From IMG/VR virus record IMGVR_UViG_2700989162_000011: a stretch of DNA of 5,828 bases. The stretch is one strand, 5' to 3'. The notes under the pieces were generated by a model. The model worked only from the letters and a program-made list of their open reading frames with translations, was not told the origin of the DNA and ran no database searches. Positions 1 through 5,828 of this stretch are shown here, one piece after another (within the stretch, counting starts at the first letter, position 1; the number at the start of each line of letters is the position of its first letter). The position numbers and the translations under genes were made by a program. Origin of the DNA: a virus. Its lineage: Duplodnaviria > Heunggongvirae > Uroviricota > Caudoviricetes.

Positions 1-16
1 AACTAGTATTAAGACT

Positions 17-34
17 ATCACTTAAATAAGTGAT
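17..34. promoter_or_regulatory. Perfect inverted repeat ATCACTTA-aa-TAAGTGAT, operator-like palindrome about 45 bp upstream of the ORF starting at 78
   Basis: Read directly: 8-bp arms at 17..24 and 27..34 are exact reverse complements with a 2-bp centre. AT-rich with no following T-tract, so more like a protein-binding site than a terminator. Confidence 0.3.
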
Positions 35-77
35 ACTGGTTGTCTGGAGATTCAGGGGGCCAGTCTAGTCAGACCCT

Positions 78-428
78 ATGTTTTGTGTGTATCAAAAGCG
101 CGAAATCGTTGTTGATGCTGATTATGACTATGACCGGATTGTCTGGGTTGATGAAGATGGCAATGAAGCCAATAAACGCCAAAGTCGTCGTCTCGAACTA
201 CTTCACGAAAACTTTCGAGAGCCACCAGAAAAATGGCGGCGCGTTGCTGTGAAAGATATTGATGAATTCGTTACCTGCTGTTTCACCGAACAGGGTTGTA
301 AAGACTACCTGGCAGCCAATGGTCACAATCTTCGCTTGCCATTTATATATGTAAATGGCGGTTTCAGGAACGCTGAATATATCGGCATAAGAAACTGGCT
401 TGCTGGCATTCGCATCAAAGGAGAGTGA
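78..428 (+). CDS. Hypothetical small prophage accessory protein (116 aa), function unknown
   Basis: Open frame with protein-like charged composition, same strand as the downstream ea-like genes. In-frame stop at 66..68, so the start is inside the window. No convincing Shine-Dalgarno before ATG 78 (GGGGG at 55..59 is 18 nt away). Occupies the position lambda ea22 has relative to ea8.5, but is shorter than my recollection of Ea22. Confidence 0.45.
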   Translation: MFCVYQKREIVVDADYDYDRIVWVDEDGNEANKRQSRRLELLHENFREPPEKWRRVAVKDIDEFVTCCFTEQGCKDYLAANGHNLRLPFIYVNGGFRNAEYIGIRNWLAGIRIKGE

Positions 429-630
429 GATGAGCAGGAATACGGGTTTGTAAAAGATAACGCTTGTGAAAATGCTGAATTTCGCGTCGTCTTCACAGCG
501 ATGCCAGAGTCTGTAGTGTCAGATGATGACCGTACTCAAACATCGGGTTGAGTATTATCTTACTGTTTCTTTACATAAACATTGCTGATACCGTTTAGCT
601 GAAACGACATACATTGCAAGGAGTTTATAA

Positions 631-912
631 ATGAGTATCAATGAGTTAGAGTCTGAGCAAAAAGATTGGGCGTTATCAATGTTGTGCAGATCCGGTGTCT
701 TGTCTCCATGCAGACATCACGAAGGTGTTTATGTAGATGAAGGTATAGATATAGAGTCGGCATACAAATATTCCATGAAGGTTTATAAGTCTAATGAAGA
801 CAAATCCCCATTCTGCAATGTGCGAGAAATGACTGATACCGTGCAAAATTATTATCATGAGTACGGTGGAAACGATACTTGCCCTCTCTGTACAAAACAT
901 ATAGATGATTAA
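631..912 (+). CDS. ea8.5: Ea8.5-like small Cys/His-rich (putative zinc-binding) phage protein, 93 aa
   Basis: Strong SD AAGGAG at 618..623, 7 nt before ATG 631. Length, N-terminus MSINELESEQ and Cys/His pattern (SPCRHH ... FC ... CPLC) match my recollection of phage lambda Ea8.5. Followed by an intrinsic terminator. Not verified by search. Confidence 0.72.
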   Translation: MSINELESEQKDWALSMLCRSGVLSPCRHHEGVYVDEGIDIESAYKYSMKVYKSNEDKSPFCNVREMTDTVQNYYHEYGGNDTCPLCTKHIDD

Positions 913-930
913 ACCAAATATTACATAACA

Positions 931-957
931 ATCCTCGCATTCGCGGGGATTTCTTTT
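931..957 (+). terminator. Rho-independent terminator downstream of the Ea8.5-like gene
   Basis: Stem 931..938 (ATCCTCGC) pairs with 943..950 (GCGGGGAT), including one G-U pair; loop ATTC; followed by TTCTTTTAT. Confidence 0.6.
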
Positions 958-1000
958 ATCTGAACTCGCTACGGAGGGTTTTGTTTTATGGAGATGATAA

Positions 1001-1168
1001 ATGCACTTCCGAGTTACAGGTGAATGGAATGGAGAACCATTCAACAGAGTTATCGAAGCCGAGAACATCAGCGACTGCTATGACCACTGGATGCTGTGGG
1101 CGCAGATAGCACATGCAGACGTAACCAATATTCGAATTGAAGAACTGAAAGAACACCAAGCCGCCTGA
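1001..1168 (+). CDS. Small hypothetical phage protein, 55 aa (MHFRVTGEWNGEPFNRVIEAENISDCYDHWMLWAQIAHADVTNIRIEELKEHQAA); not in supplied ORF track
   Basis: Translated by hand. GGAG at 990..993 lies 7 nt before ATG 1001 (GGAGGG also at 973..978). Stop TGA 1166..1168 sits in the loop of a strong intrinsic terminator. Same position relative to ea8.5 as the 55-codon ORF I recall in lambda. Confidence 0.55.
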   Translation: MHFRVTGEWNGEPFNRVIEAENISDCYDHWMLWAQIAHADVTNIRIEELKEHQAA

Positions 1169-1180
1169 TGGCGGTTTTTT
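1158..1180 (+). terminator. Rho-independent terminator overlapping the stop codon of the 55-aa ORF
   Basis: AAGCCGCC (1158..1165), loop TGAT, GGCGGTTT (1170..1177): five G-C pairs plus G-U and A-U pairs, then a run of six T (1175..1180). Confidence 0.7.
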
Positions 1181-1194
1181 ATTGGAGACAAGAA

Positions 1195-1539
1195 ATGTCA
1201 GATTTGGCTATGAAGGTTTTGAAATGGCAATCGACTGGCGATGTCGGCATCAGTAGCGCAACTCTTGCCTCAATCGCATGTGGACTGAAAAAGAATATCT
1301 ATGGTCATCACTTCGGCGCTCCACATGACGCAGCCGATTTCAGACGATGCGTTGCACTTGTTGAGCAGATCCCAGAAATCAGAGATTCATTCGACAAGGT
1401 TGCAAAGCGCGTTCCGGCATTCAAAGGCATCCTCAACGAATGGGATTCCCTCGTTGATCTGTTGAAGTCTGAAATGAAGATACACGGAAACAAAGCACCA
1501 GAGACTTACAGAAGAATTAGCGAGTTACGCAAGGACTAA
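1195..1539 (+). CDS. Hypothetical prophage protein, 114 aa, function unknown
   Basis: ORF track starts at ATG 1168, but that ATG lies inside the terminator loop with no SD. ATG 1195 is in the same frame and preceded by GGAG at 1184..1187 with 7-nt spacing, so it is the more plausible start. Sits between the lambda-like ea genes and the P22-like xis. No family recognised. Confidence 0.6.
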   Translation: MSDLAMKVLKWQSTGDVGISSATLASIACGLKKNIYGHHFGAPHDAADFRRCVALVEQIPEIRDSFDKVAKRVPAFKGILNEWDSLVDLLKSEMKIHGNKAPETYRRISELRKD

Positions 1540-1544
1540 CCACA

Positions 1545-1563
1545 GCCTCATACTCGATGAGGC
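1545..1563 (+). terminator. Hairpin (weak terminator or RNA structure candidate) just after the 114-aa ORF
   Basis: 7-bp stem GCCTCAT (1545..1551) with ATGAGGC (1557..1563), loop ACTCG. Downstream CTGTTCATT is only moderately T-rich. Confidence 0.3.
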
Positions 1564-1629
1564 CTGTTCATTGCTCAATGATATCCAGACCTACCGCAAT
1601 AATACCAATCCAATAAATGGAGATTCCAG

Positions 1630-1977
1630 GTGGAAGAAGAAATCTTCACTCGTGAAGAGGCAGCGTCGTATCTGAAGGTAGACAAAGGCACTATCACGCA
1701 GTGGATACGAAGTGGACGACTTCAGGCCGCAAAGATAAATCCAGATAAACCTAAAAGCCCATATCGCATTTGCAAGTCAGACTGCATTGCGGCGCTTAAG
1801 TCTGTGAGACACAATAGCGCGGTGAATGCGGTTGATGTGCAGGAGGTTAAAGCATGTCAATCAAACTACGCGGTGGCACGTGGCACTGCGATTTCGTCGC
1901 GCCAGATGGATCAAGAGTTAGACGCTCTCTTGAAACATCGGACAAAAGGCAAGCGCAAGAACTTCACGATCGTCTGA
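1630..1977 (+). CDS. xis: Excisionase / recombination directionality factor, P22 Xis-like, 115 aa, GTG start
   Basis: Immediately upstream of and overlapping int, as in lambdoid phages. GGAG at 1619..1622 is 7 nt before GTG 1630. Basic C-terminal tail (KHRTKGKRKNF). Length agrees with my recollection that P22 Xis is about 116 aa. The 3' end overlaps int by 124 nt in another frame. Confidence 0.7.
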   Translation: MEEEIFTREEAASYLKVDKGTITQWIRSGRLQAAKINPDKPKSPYRICKSDCIAALKSVRHNSAVNAVDVQEVKACQSNYAVARGTAISSRQMDQELDALLKHRTKGKRKNFTIV

Positions 1978-3014
1978 AAGCAGAAGCGTGGAGAGTAAAA
2001 AATCTCGGGGAATCACCGAAAAAGCTATTCAAGGAAGCCTGCATACGGTGGCTGCGTGAGAAATCGGATAAGAAGTCCATTGATGATGACAAGAGCATTA
2101 TATCGTTCTGGATGTTGCACTTCAGAGAAGCCATTCTCTCTGACATAACAACAGAAAAAATAATGGAGGCGGTAGACGGGATGGAAAACCGCCGCCATCG
2201 CCTGAACTGGGAGATGAGCCGGGACAGGTGTTTGCGACTTGGCAATCCGGTGCCGGAGTATAAACCAAAGCTTGCAAGCAAAGGAACGAAGACGAGGCAT
2301 CTGGCAATACTTCGCGCCATTCTCAATATGGCTGTTGAATGGGGATGGCTTGACAGGGCACCCAAAATATCAACACCACGCGTTAAGAATGGACGCATCA
2401 GATGGCTTACAGAGGAGGAATCGAAGCGCCTGTTTGCAGAAATTGCTCCTCACTTCTTCCCTGTGGTCATGTTTGCAATCACGACAGGCCTTCGCCGTTC
2501 CAACGTTACAGACCTTGAGTGGTCACAGGTCGATCTGGATAAGAAAATGGCATGGATGCACCCTGATGAAACAAAAGCTGGCAATGCGATCGGAGTTCCT
2601 CTTAACGAAACCGCATGCCAGATATTAAGAAAACAGCAGGGGCTCCATAAGAGATGGGTATTTGTCCACACCAAACCTGCCTACCGAAGCGACGGAACAA
2701 AAACAGCAGCGGTAAGGAAGATGAGAACCGACAGCAACAAGGCATGGAAGGGAGCGTTAAAGCGGGCAGGCATTAGCAACTTCCGCTTCCATGATCTGAG
2801 GCATACCTGGGCAAGCTGGCTGGTTCAGTCCGGTGTCTCTCTTCTTGCACTTAAAGAGATGGGAGGATGGGAAACTCTCGAAATGGTTCAAAGATACGCC
2901 CACCTTTCAGCCGGGCATCTCACCGAGCACGCAAGCAAAATCGATGCGATTATAAGTCGCAATGGCACAAATACGGCACAAGAGGAGAACGTGGTTTACT
3001 TAAATGCGAGGTAA
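1854..3014 (+). CDS. int: Site-specific tyrosine integrase, P22 Int-like, 386 aa
   Basis: Perfect SD AGGAGG at 1841..1846, 7 nt before ATG. Tyrosine recombinase motifs readable in the translation: TGLRRSN (box I Arg), HDLRHTWAS (His-x-x-Arg-His), RYAHL (catalytic Tyr). N-terminus and C-terminal region resemble my recollection of P22 Int; thrW is the known P22 integration target. Confidence 0.95.
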   Translation: MSIKLRGGTWHCDFVAPDGSRVRRSLETSDKRQAQELHDRLKAEAWRVKNLGESPKKLFKEACIRWLREKSDKKSIDDDKSIISFWMLHFREAILSDITTEKIMEAVDGMENRRHRLNWEMSRDRCLRLGNPVPEYKPKLASKGTKTRHLAILRAILNMAVEWGWLDRAPKISTPRVKNGRIRWLTEEESKRLFAEIAPHFFPVVMFAITTGLRRSNVTDLEWSQVDLDKKMAWMHPDETKAGNAIGVPLNETACQILRKQQGLHKRWVFVHTKPAYRSDGTKTAAVRKMRTDSNKAWKGALKRAGISNFRFHDLRHTWASWLVQSGVSLLALKEMGGWETLEMVQRYAHLSAGHLTEHASKIDAIISRNGTNTAQEENVVYLNAR

Positions 3015-3075
3015 CTTATTGATTTAAATGGTGCCGATAATAGGAGTCGAACCTACGACCTTCGCATTACGAATG
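3015..3075. other. Probable attachment-site junction (attL or attR) between int and the 3' portion of thrW
   Basis: Inference from architecture: tRNA-targeting integrases recombine within the 3' part of the tRNA gene and int lies next to the junction. Exact core boundaries cannot be set without the distal repeat, which is not in this window. Confidence 0.35.
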
Positions 3076-3104
3076 CGCTGCTCTACCAACTGAGCTATAT
3101 CGGC
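3029..3104 (-). tRNA. thrW: tRNA-Thr (anticodon CGU), 76 nt with encoded CCA
   Basis: Reverse complement reads GCCGATATAGCTCAGTTGGTAGAGCAGCGCATTCGTAATGCGAAGGTCGTAGGTTCGACTCCTATTATCGGCACCA: canonical D-loop AGCTCAGTTGGTAGAGC, anticodon loop TTCGTAA, T-loop GGTTCGACTCC, 3' CCA. Sits 114 nt downstream of proA as in E. coli K-12. Confidence 0.96.
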
Positions 3105-3156
3105 CCTGAAAGGACATGTTCACGAACGTGAATCACGGTGGACAAGGTTAAAACTA

Positions 3157-3220
3157 ACCGGGCGATGCGTCAATGGCCTTGTGAATCAAATGGCTACTTT
3201 TGCATCACCCGGTTTTATTT
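3157..3220 (-). terminator. Long-range inverted repeat between proA and thrW; candidate proA terminator or insulating structure
   Basis: ACCGGGCGATGC (3157..3168) and GCATCACCCGGT (3202..3213) are reverse complements with one mismatch, separated by 33 nt. Flanked by TTTATTT on the plus strand and TAGTTTT on the minus strand. The loop is atypically large for an intrinsic terminator. Confidence 0.3.
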
Positions 3221-4472
3221 ACGCACGAATGGTGTAATCACCAATGCCGATCCACTTGTAAGTGGTCAGTGCTTCCAGCCCCATTGGGCCACGCGCGTGG
3301 AGTTTTTGTGTGCTTACCGCCACTTCCGCACCCAGACCAAACTGGCCGCCGTCGGTAAAACGCGTAGAGGCGTTAACGTAAACAGCGGACGAATCCACTT
3401 CGTTAACAAAACGCTGGGCGTTGCGCATATCGCGGGTCAGGATCGCATCGGAGTGTTGTGTGCCGTGTTCACGAATATGGGCGATGGCATCGTCAAGATC
3501 GCTGACGATTTTGACGTTCAAATCTAATGACAGAAACTCATCGTCATACTCTTCGGCTTTAACCGCCACCACCTTCGCAGGGCCTGCCTGCAACTGTGTC
3601 AGCGCAGCTGCATCTGCGTGTAATGTCACGCCGCTTTCCGCCATTTGTTTGCTTAATGCGGGCAGGAAGCTATCGGCGATGTTTTTATTCACCAGCAACG
3701 TTTCAACCGTATTACATGTGCTCGGACGCTGAGTTTTCGCGTTGACGATCACTTTTAATGCTTCAGCGATCTCTGCACTTTCATCAACGTAAATATGGCA
3801 TACGCCTATACCACCTGTGATCACCGGGATTGTCGACTGTTCACGGCACAGTTTATGCAAACCAGCGCCACCACGCGGGATCAGCATGTCGATGTATTTA
3901 TCCATACGCAGCATTTCACTGACCAGCGCACGGTCAGGATTATCAATCGCCTGCACGGCACCCGCCGGTAAGCCACAGGATTTCAGGGCGTCCTGAATCA
4001 CCGCCACCGTTGCCGCGTTAGTGCGACAGGTTTCTTTACCACCACGCAGGATCACCGCATTACCGGTTTTCAGGCACAGCGAAGCGACATCAACCGTCAC
4101 GTTCGGGCGCGCTTCATAAATCACGCCAATAACCCCCAGCGGTACGCGACGACGCTCAAGACGCAGGCCGCTGTCCAGTACGCCGCCATCGATTACCTGC
4201 CCCACCGGATCGGCGAGGTTGCACACCTGACGTACATCGTCGGCAATGCCTTTCAGCCGTGCGGGCGTCAGTGCCAGACGGTCAAGCATCGCTTCGCTAA
4301 GGCCATTGGCTCGCGCGTCAGCAACATCCTGGGCGTTAGCGTTGAGGATGATTTCGCTTTGTGCTTCCAGTTCATCGGCGATTTTTTCCAGCACGCGATT
4401 TTTTTCGCGGCTGGAGAGTTGCGCTAATTTATACGAGGCTTGCTTCGCGGCAATGCCCATTTGTTCCAGCAT
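3219..4472 (-). CDS. proA: Gamma-glutamyl phosphate reductase (glutamate-5-semialdehyde dehydrogenase), 417 aa
   Basis: Full-length ORF whose translation ([38 protein letters not shown] ... YTIRA) matches ProA as I recall it. Starts 11 nt after the proB stop, the classic proBA arrangement. Confidence 0.97.
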   Translation of the reverse strand: MLEQMGIAAKQASYKLAQLSSREKNRVLEKIADELEAQSEIILNANAQDVADARANGLSEAMLDRLALTPARLKGIADDVRQVCNLADPVGQVIDGGVLDSGLRLERRRVPLGVIGVIYEARPNVTVDVASLCLKTGNAVILRGGKETCRTNAATVAVIQDALKSCGLPAGAVQAIDNPDRALVSEMLRMDKYIDMLIPRGGAGLHKLCREQSTIPVITGGIGVCHIYVDESAEIAEALKVIVNAKTQRPSTCNTVETLLVNKNIADSFLPALSKQMAESGVTLHADAAALTQLQAGPAKVVAVKAEEYDDEFLSLDLNVKIVSDLDDAIAHIREHGTQHSDAILTRDMRNAQRFVNEVDSSAVYVNASTRFTDGGQFGLGAEVAVSTQKLHARGPMGLEALTTYKWIGIGDYTIRA

Positions 4473-4483
4473 CGGCCAGCTCC

Positions 4484-5587
4484 TTAACGGGTAATCATGT
4501 CATCACGGTGAACGGCAACCGGGCCGTATTCATATCCCAGTATTGCATCAATTTCTTGCGAGTGGTGTCCGGCAATACGGCGTAATGCATCGCTGTTGTA
4601 ACGACTGACACCGTGGGCGATATCGCGACCTTCGAGGTTGCAAATGCGGATGACTTCACCACGCGAGAAATTGCCAGTCACGCTTTTAATGCCTTTCGGC
4701 AACAGGGAGCTGCCGCGTTCCAGAATGGCGGCAGTTGCCCCTTCATCTACCGTGATTTCACCCGCCGGCGGCGCACCGAAAATCCAGCGTTTACGGTTTT
4801 CAAGCGGAGTCGCCTGGGCATGGAACAGCGTACCGACGGAAATGCCTTCCATCACATCACCAATAACGCCCGGCTTGCTGCCCGCGGCAATAATGGTGTC
4901 GATACCCGCACGGCAAGCCACGTCAGCGGCCTGCAATTTAGTACTCATGCCGCCAGTTCCGAGGCCTGAAACGCTGTCACCGGCAATCGCGCGCAGTGCG
5001 TCATCAATGCCGTAAACATCTTTAATCAGTTCTGCCTGCGGATTTCTGCGCGGATCAGCGGTATACAAACCTTTTTGATCGGTCAGCAGCAACAGTTTAT
5101 CGGCACCCGCCAGAATCGCCGCCAGCGCAGAAAGGTTATCGTTATCGCCGACCTTAATCTCTGCCGTAGCGACAGCATCGTTCTCATTGATTACCGGAAC
5201 GATATTGTTATCGAGCAACGCACGCAGGGTGTCGCGGGCGTTCAGGAAGCGTTCACGGTCTTCCATATCAGCACGGGTCAGCAGCATTTGCCCGACGTGA
5301 ATGCCATAAATCGAAAACAGCTGTTCCCACAGTTGAATCAGTCGACTCTGCCCTACCGCCGCCAGCAGTTGTTTCGAGGCGATAGTCGCTGGCAGTTCCG
5401 GGTAACCCAGGTGCTCACGTCCGGCGGCGATCGCGCCCGACGTCACAATAACAATCCGATGCCCGGCGGCATGTAACTGCGCGCACTGGCGAACAAGTTC
5501 AACGATATGGGCACGGTTCAGACGGCGCGATCCGCCTGTTAGCACACTGGTGCCGAGTTTTACCACCAGCGTCTGGCTGTCACTCAT
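4484..5587 (-). CDS. proB: Glutamate 5-kinase (gamma-glutamyl kinase), 367 aa
   Basis: Translation from the internal Met ([19 protein letters not shown] ... [11 protein letters not shown]) matches ProB. The ORF track's 396-aa version begins at an upstream in-frame ATG (5674); I place the start at the ATG at 5585..5587, giving 367 aa. Confidence 0.96.
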   Translation of the reverse strand: MSDSQTLVVKLGTSVLTGGSRRLNRAHIVELVRQCAQLHAAGHRIVIVTSGAIAAGREHLGYPELPATIASKQLLAAVGQSRLIQLWEQLFSIYGIHVGQMLLTRADMEDRERFLNARDTLRALLDNNIVPVINENDAVATAEIKVGDNDNLSALAAILAGADKLLLLTDQKGLYTADPRRNPQAELIKDVYGIDDALRAIAGDSVSGLGTGGMSTKLQAADVACRAGIDTIIAAGSKPGVIGDVMEGISVGTLFHAQATPLENRKRWIFGAPPAGEITVDEGATAAILERGSSLLPKGIKSVTGNFSRGEVIRICNLEGRDIAHGVSRYNSDALRRIAGHHSQEIDAILGYEYGPVAVHRDDMITR

Positions 5588-5828
5588 GATTCTCTGCCAT
5601 TCAATTTTAGGAAAAATGATATCAAACGAACGTTTTAGCAGGACTGTCGTCGGTTGCCAACCATCTGCGAGCAAAGCATGGCGTTTTGTTGCGCGGGATC
5701 AGCAAGCGTAGCGGCAGTTGTTTACGCTTTTATTACAGATTTAATAAATTACCACATTTTCAGGTAATGACTCCAACTTACTGATAGTGTTTTATGTTCA
5801 GATAATGCCCGATGACCTTGTCATGCAG
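5588..5828. promoter_or_regulatory. proBA upstream leader and promoter region; likely the divergent phoE-proB intergenic region
   Basis: Non-coding AT-rich sequence upstream of proB. By K-12 synteny (phoE divergent from proB) the phoE start would lie just beyond the window end. No promoter elements confidently assigned. Confidence 0.4.

Larger units (their letters stand above)
1..3028 (+). mobile_element. Integrase-proximal end of an integrated lambdoid prophage or prophage remnant inserted at thrW; distal end lies outside the window
   Basis: Six co-directional plus-strand ORFs ending in xis and int; int stop is 14 nt from the 3' end of tRNA-Thr; this block is visibly AT-richer than the adjacent proBA genes; host synteny resumes immediately at the tRNA. 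Confidence 0.8.

Noticed and set aside
40-252. 70-aa plus-strand ORF (TTG start) overlapping the 5' end of the 116-aa ORF
   Set aside because: Alternative frame of a more protein-like ORF; low-complexity, hydrophobic, Met-rich translation; no SD. Likely spurious.
676-1068. 130-aa minus-strand ORF antisense to the Ea8.5-like gene and the 55-aa ORF
   Set aside because: Runs antisense across two SD-supported plus-strand genes and both terminators; translation is low complexity (I/F/L/Y-rich), typical of AT-rich antisense frames.
1168-1194. Upstream ATG (1168) used by the ORF track for the 123-aa version of the 114-aa gene
   Set aside because: This ATG overlaps the stop of the 55-aa ORF inside the terminator loop and has no SD; the in-frame ATG 1195 has GGAG at optimal spacing.
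1308-1493. 61-aa minus-strand ORF inside the 114-aa gene
   Set aside because: Fully antisense to a better-supported gene, no SD, short.
1617-1655. ATG at 1617 just upstream of the xis GTG
   Set aside because: Opens a 12-codon frame ending at a TGA; the SD-like GGAG at 1619..1622 overlaps this ATG itself and is correctly spaced for the GTG at 1630.
1964-2674. Cluster of overlapping ORFs inside int (1964..2398 -, 2025..2300 -, 2122..2307 -, 2239..2628 +, 2450..2674 -)
   Set aside because: All are alternative or antisense frames of the integrase, whose frame is supported by recombinase motifs and a perfect SD; translations are Arg/Ser/Leu-rich, as shadow ORFs usually are.
1-3028. Second copy of the thrW 3' segment (distal att site) inside the window, which would indicate a very small island
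   Set aside because: By eye, no repeat of the tRNA 3'-end sequence (GGAGTCGAACC...) in 1..3028. All ORFs read toward int as in a full lambdoid left arm, so the distal end is presumably outside the window.
3138-3732. Plus-strand ORFs 3138..3527 and 3421..3732 overlapping proA
   Set aside because: Antisense to proA, whose full-length translation matches the known enzyme.
4246-5476. Plus-strand ORFs 4246..4494, 4361..4585, 4613..4969, 4638..5015, 5075..5476 overlapping proA/proB
   Set aside because: Antisense shadow ORFs within GC-rich proBA coding sequence; Ala/Arg/Ser-rich translations; no independent support.
1-5828. CRISPR array or other tandem direct-repeat arrays
   Set aside because: No regularly spaced direct repeats seen anywhere in the window; only isolated inverted repeats (terminators and the palindrome at 17..34).

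Overview
This window is the junction between a conserved enterobacterial core locus and the integrase-proximal end of an integrated lambdoid prophage or prophage remnant. Right part, minus strand: proB (4484..5587), proA (3219..4472) and tRNA-Thr(CGU) thrW (3029..3104), with the spacing I recall for E. coli K-12 (11 nt proB-proA, 114 nt proA-thrW). Left part, all plus strand and reading toward the tRNA: a tyrosine integrase resembling P22 Int (1854..3014) ending 14 nt from the tRNA 3' end, an overlapping excisionase candidate starting at GTG (1630..1977), and four small accessory ORFs (78..428, 631..912, 1001..1168, 1195..1539). The 93-aa Cys/His-rich ORF matches my recollection of phage lambda Ea8.5, and the 55-aa ORF (absent from the supplied ORF track) sits where lambda carries a 55-codon ORF; both end in clear intrinsic terminators. 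The element therefore looks mosaic: a lambda-like ea module joined to a P22-type xis-int module inserted at thrW. I do not see a recognisable multi-gene defence, toxin-antitoxin or CRISPR system; the small accessory cassette of uncharacterised proteins is the only candidate for new biology. All homology statements are from memory and motif reading, not from a database search.
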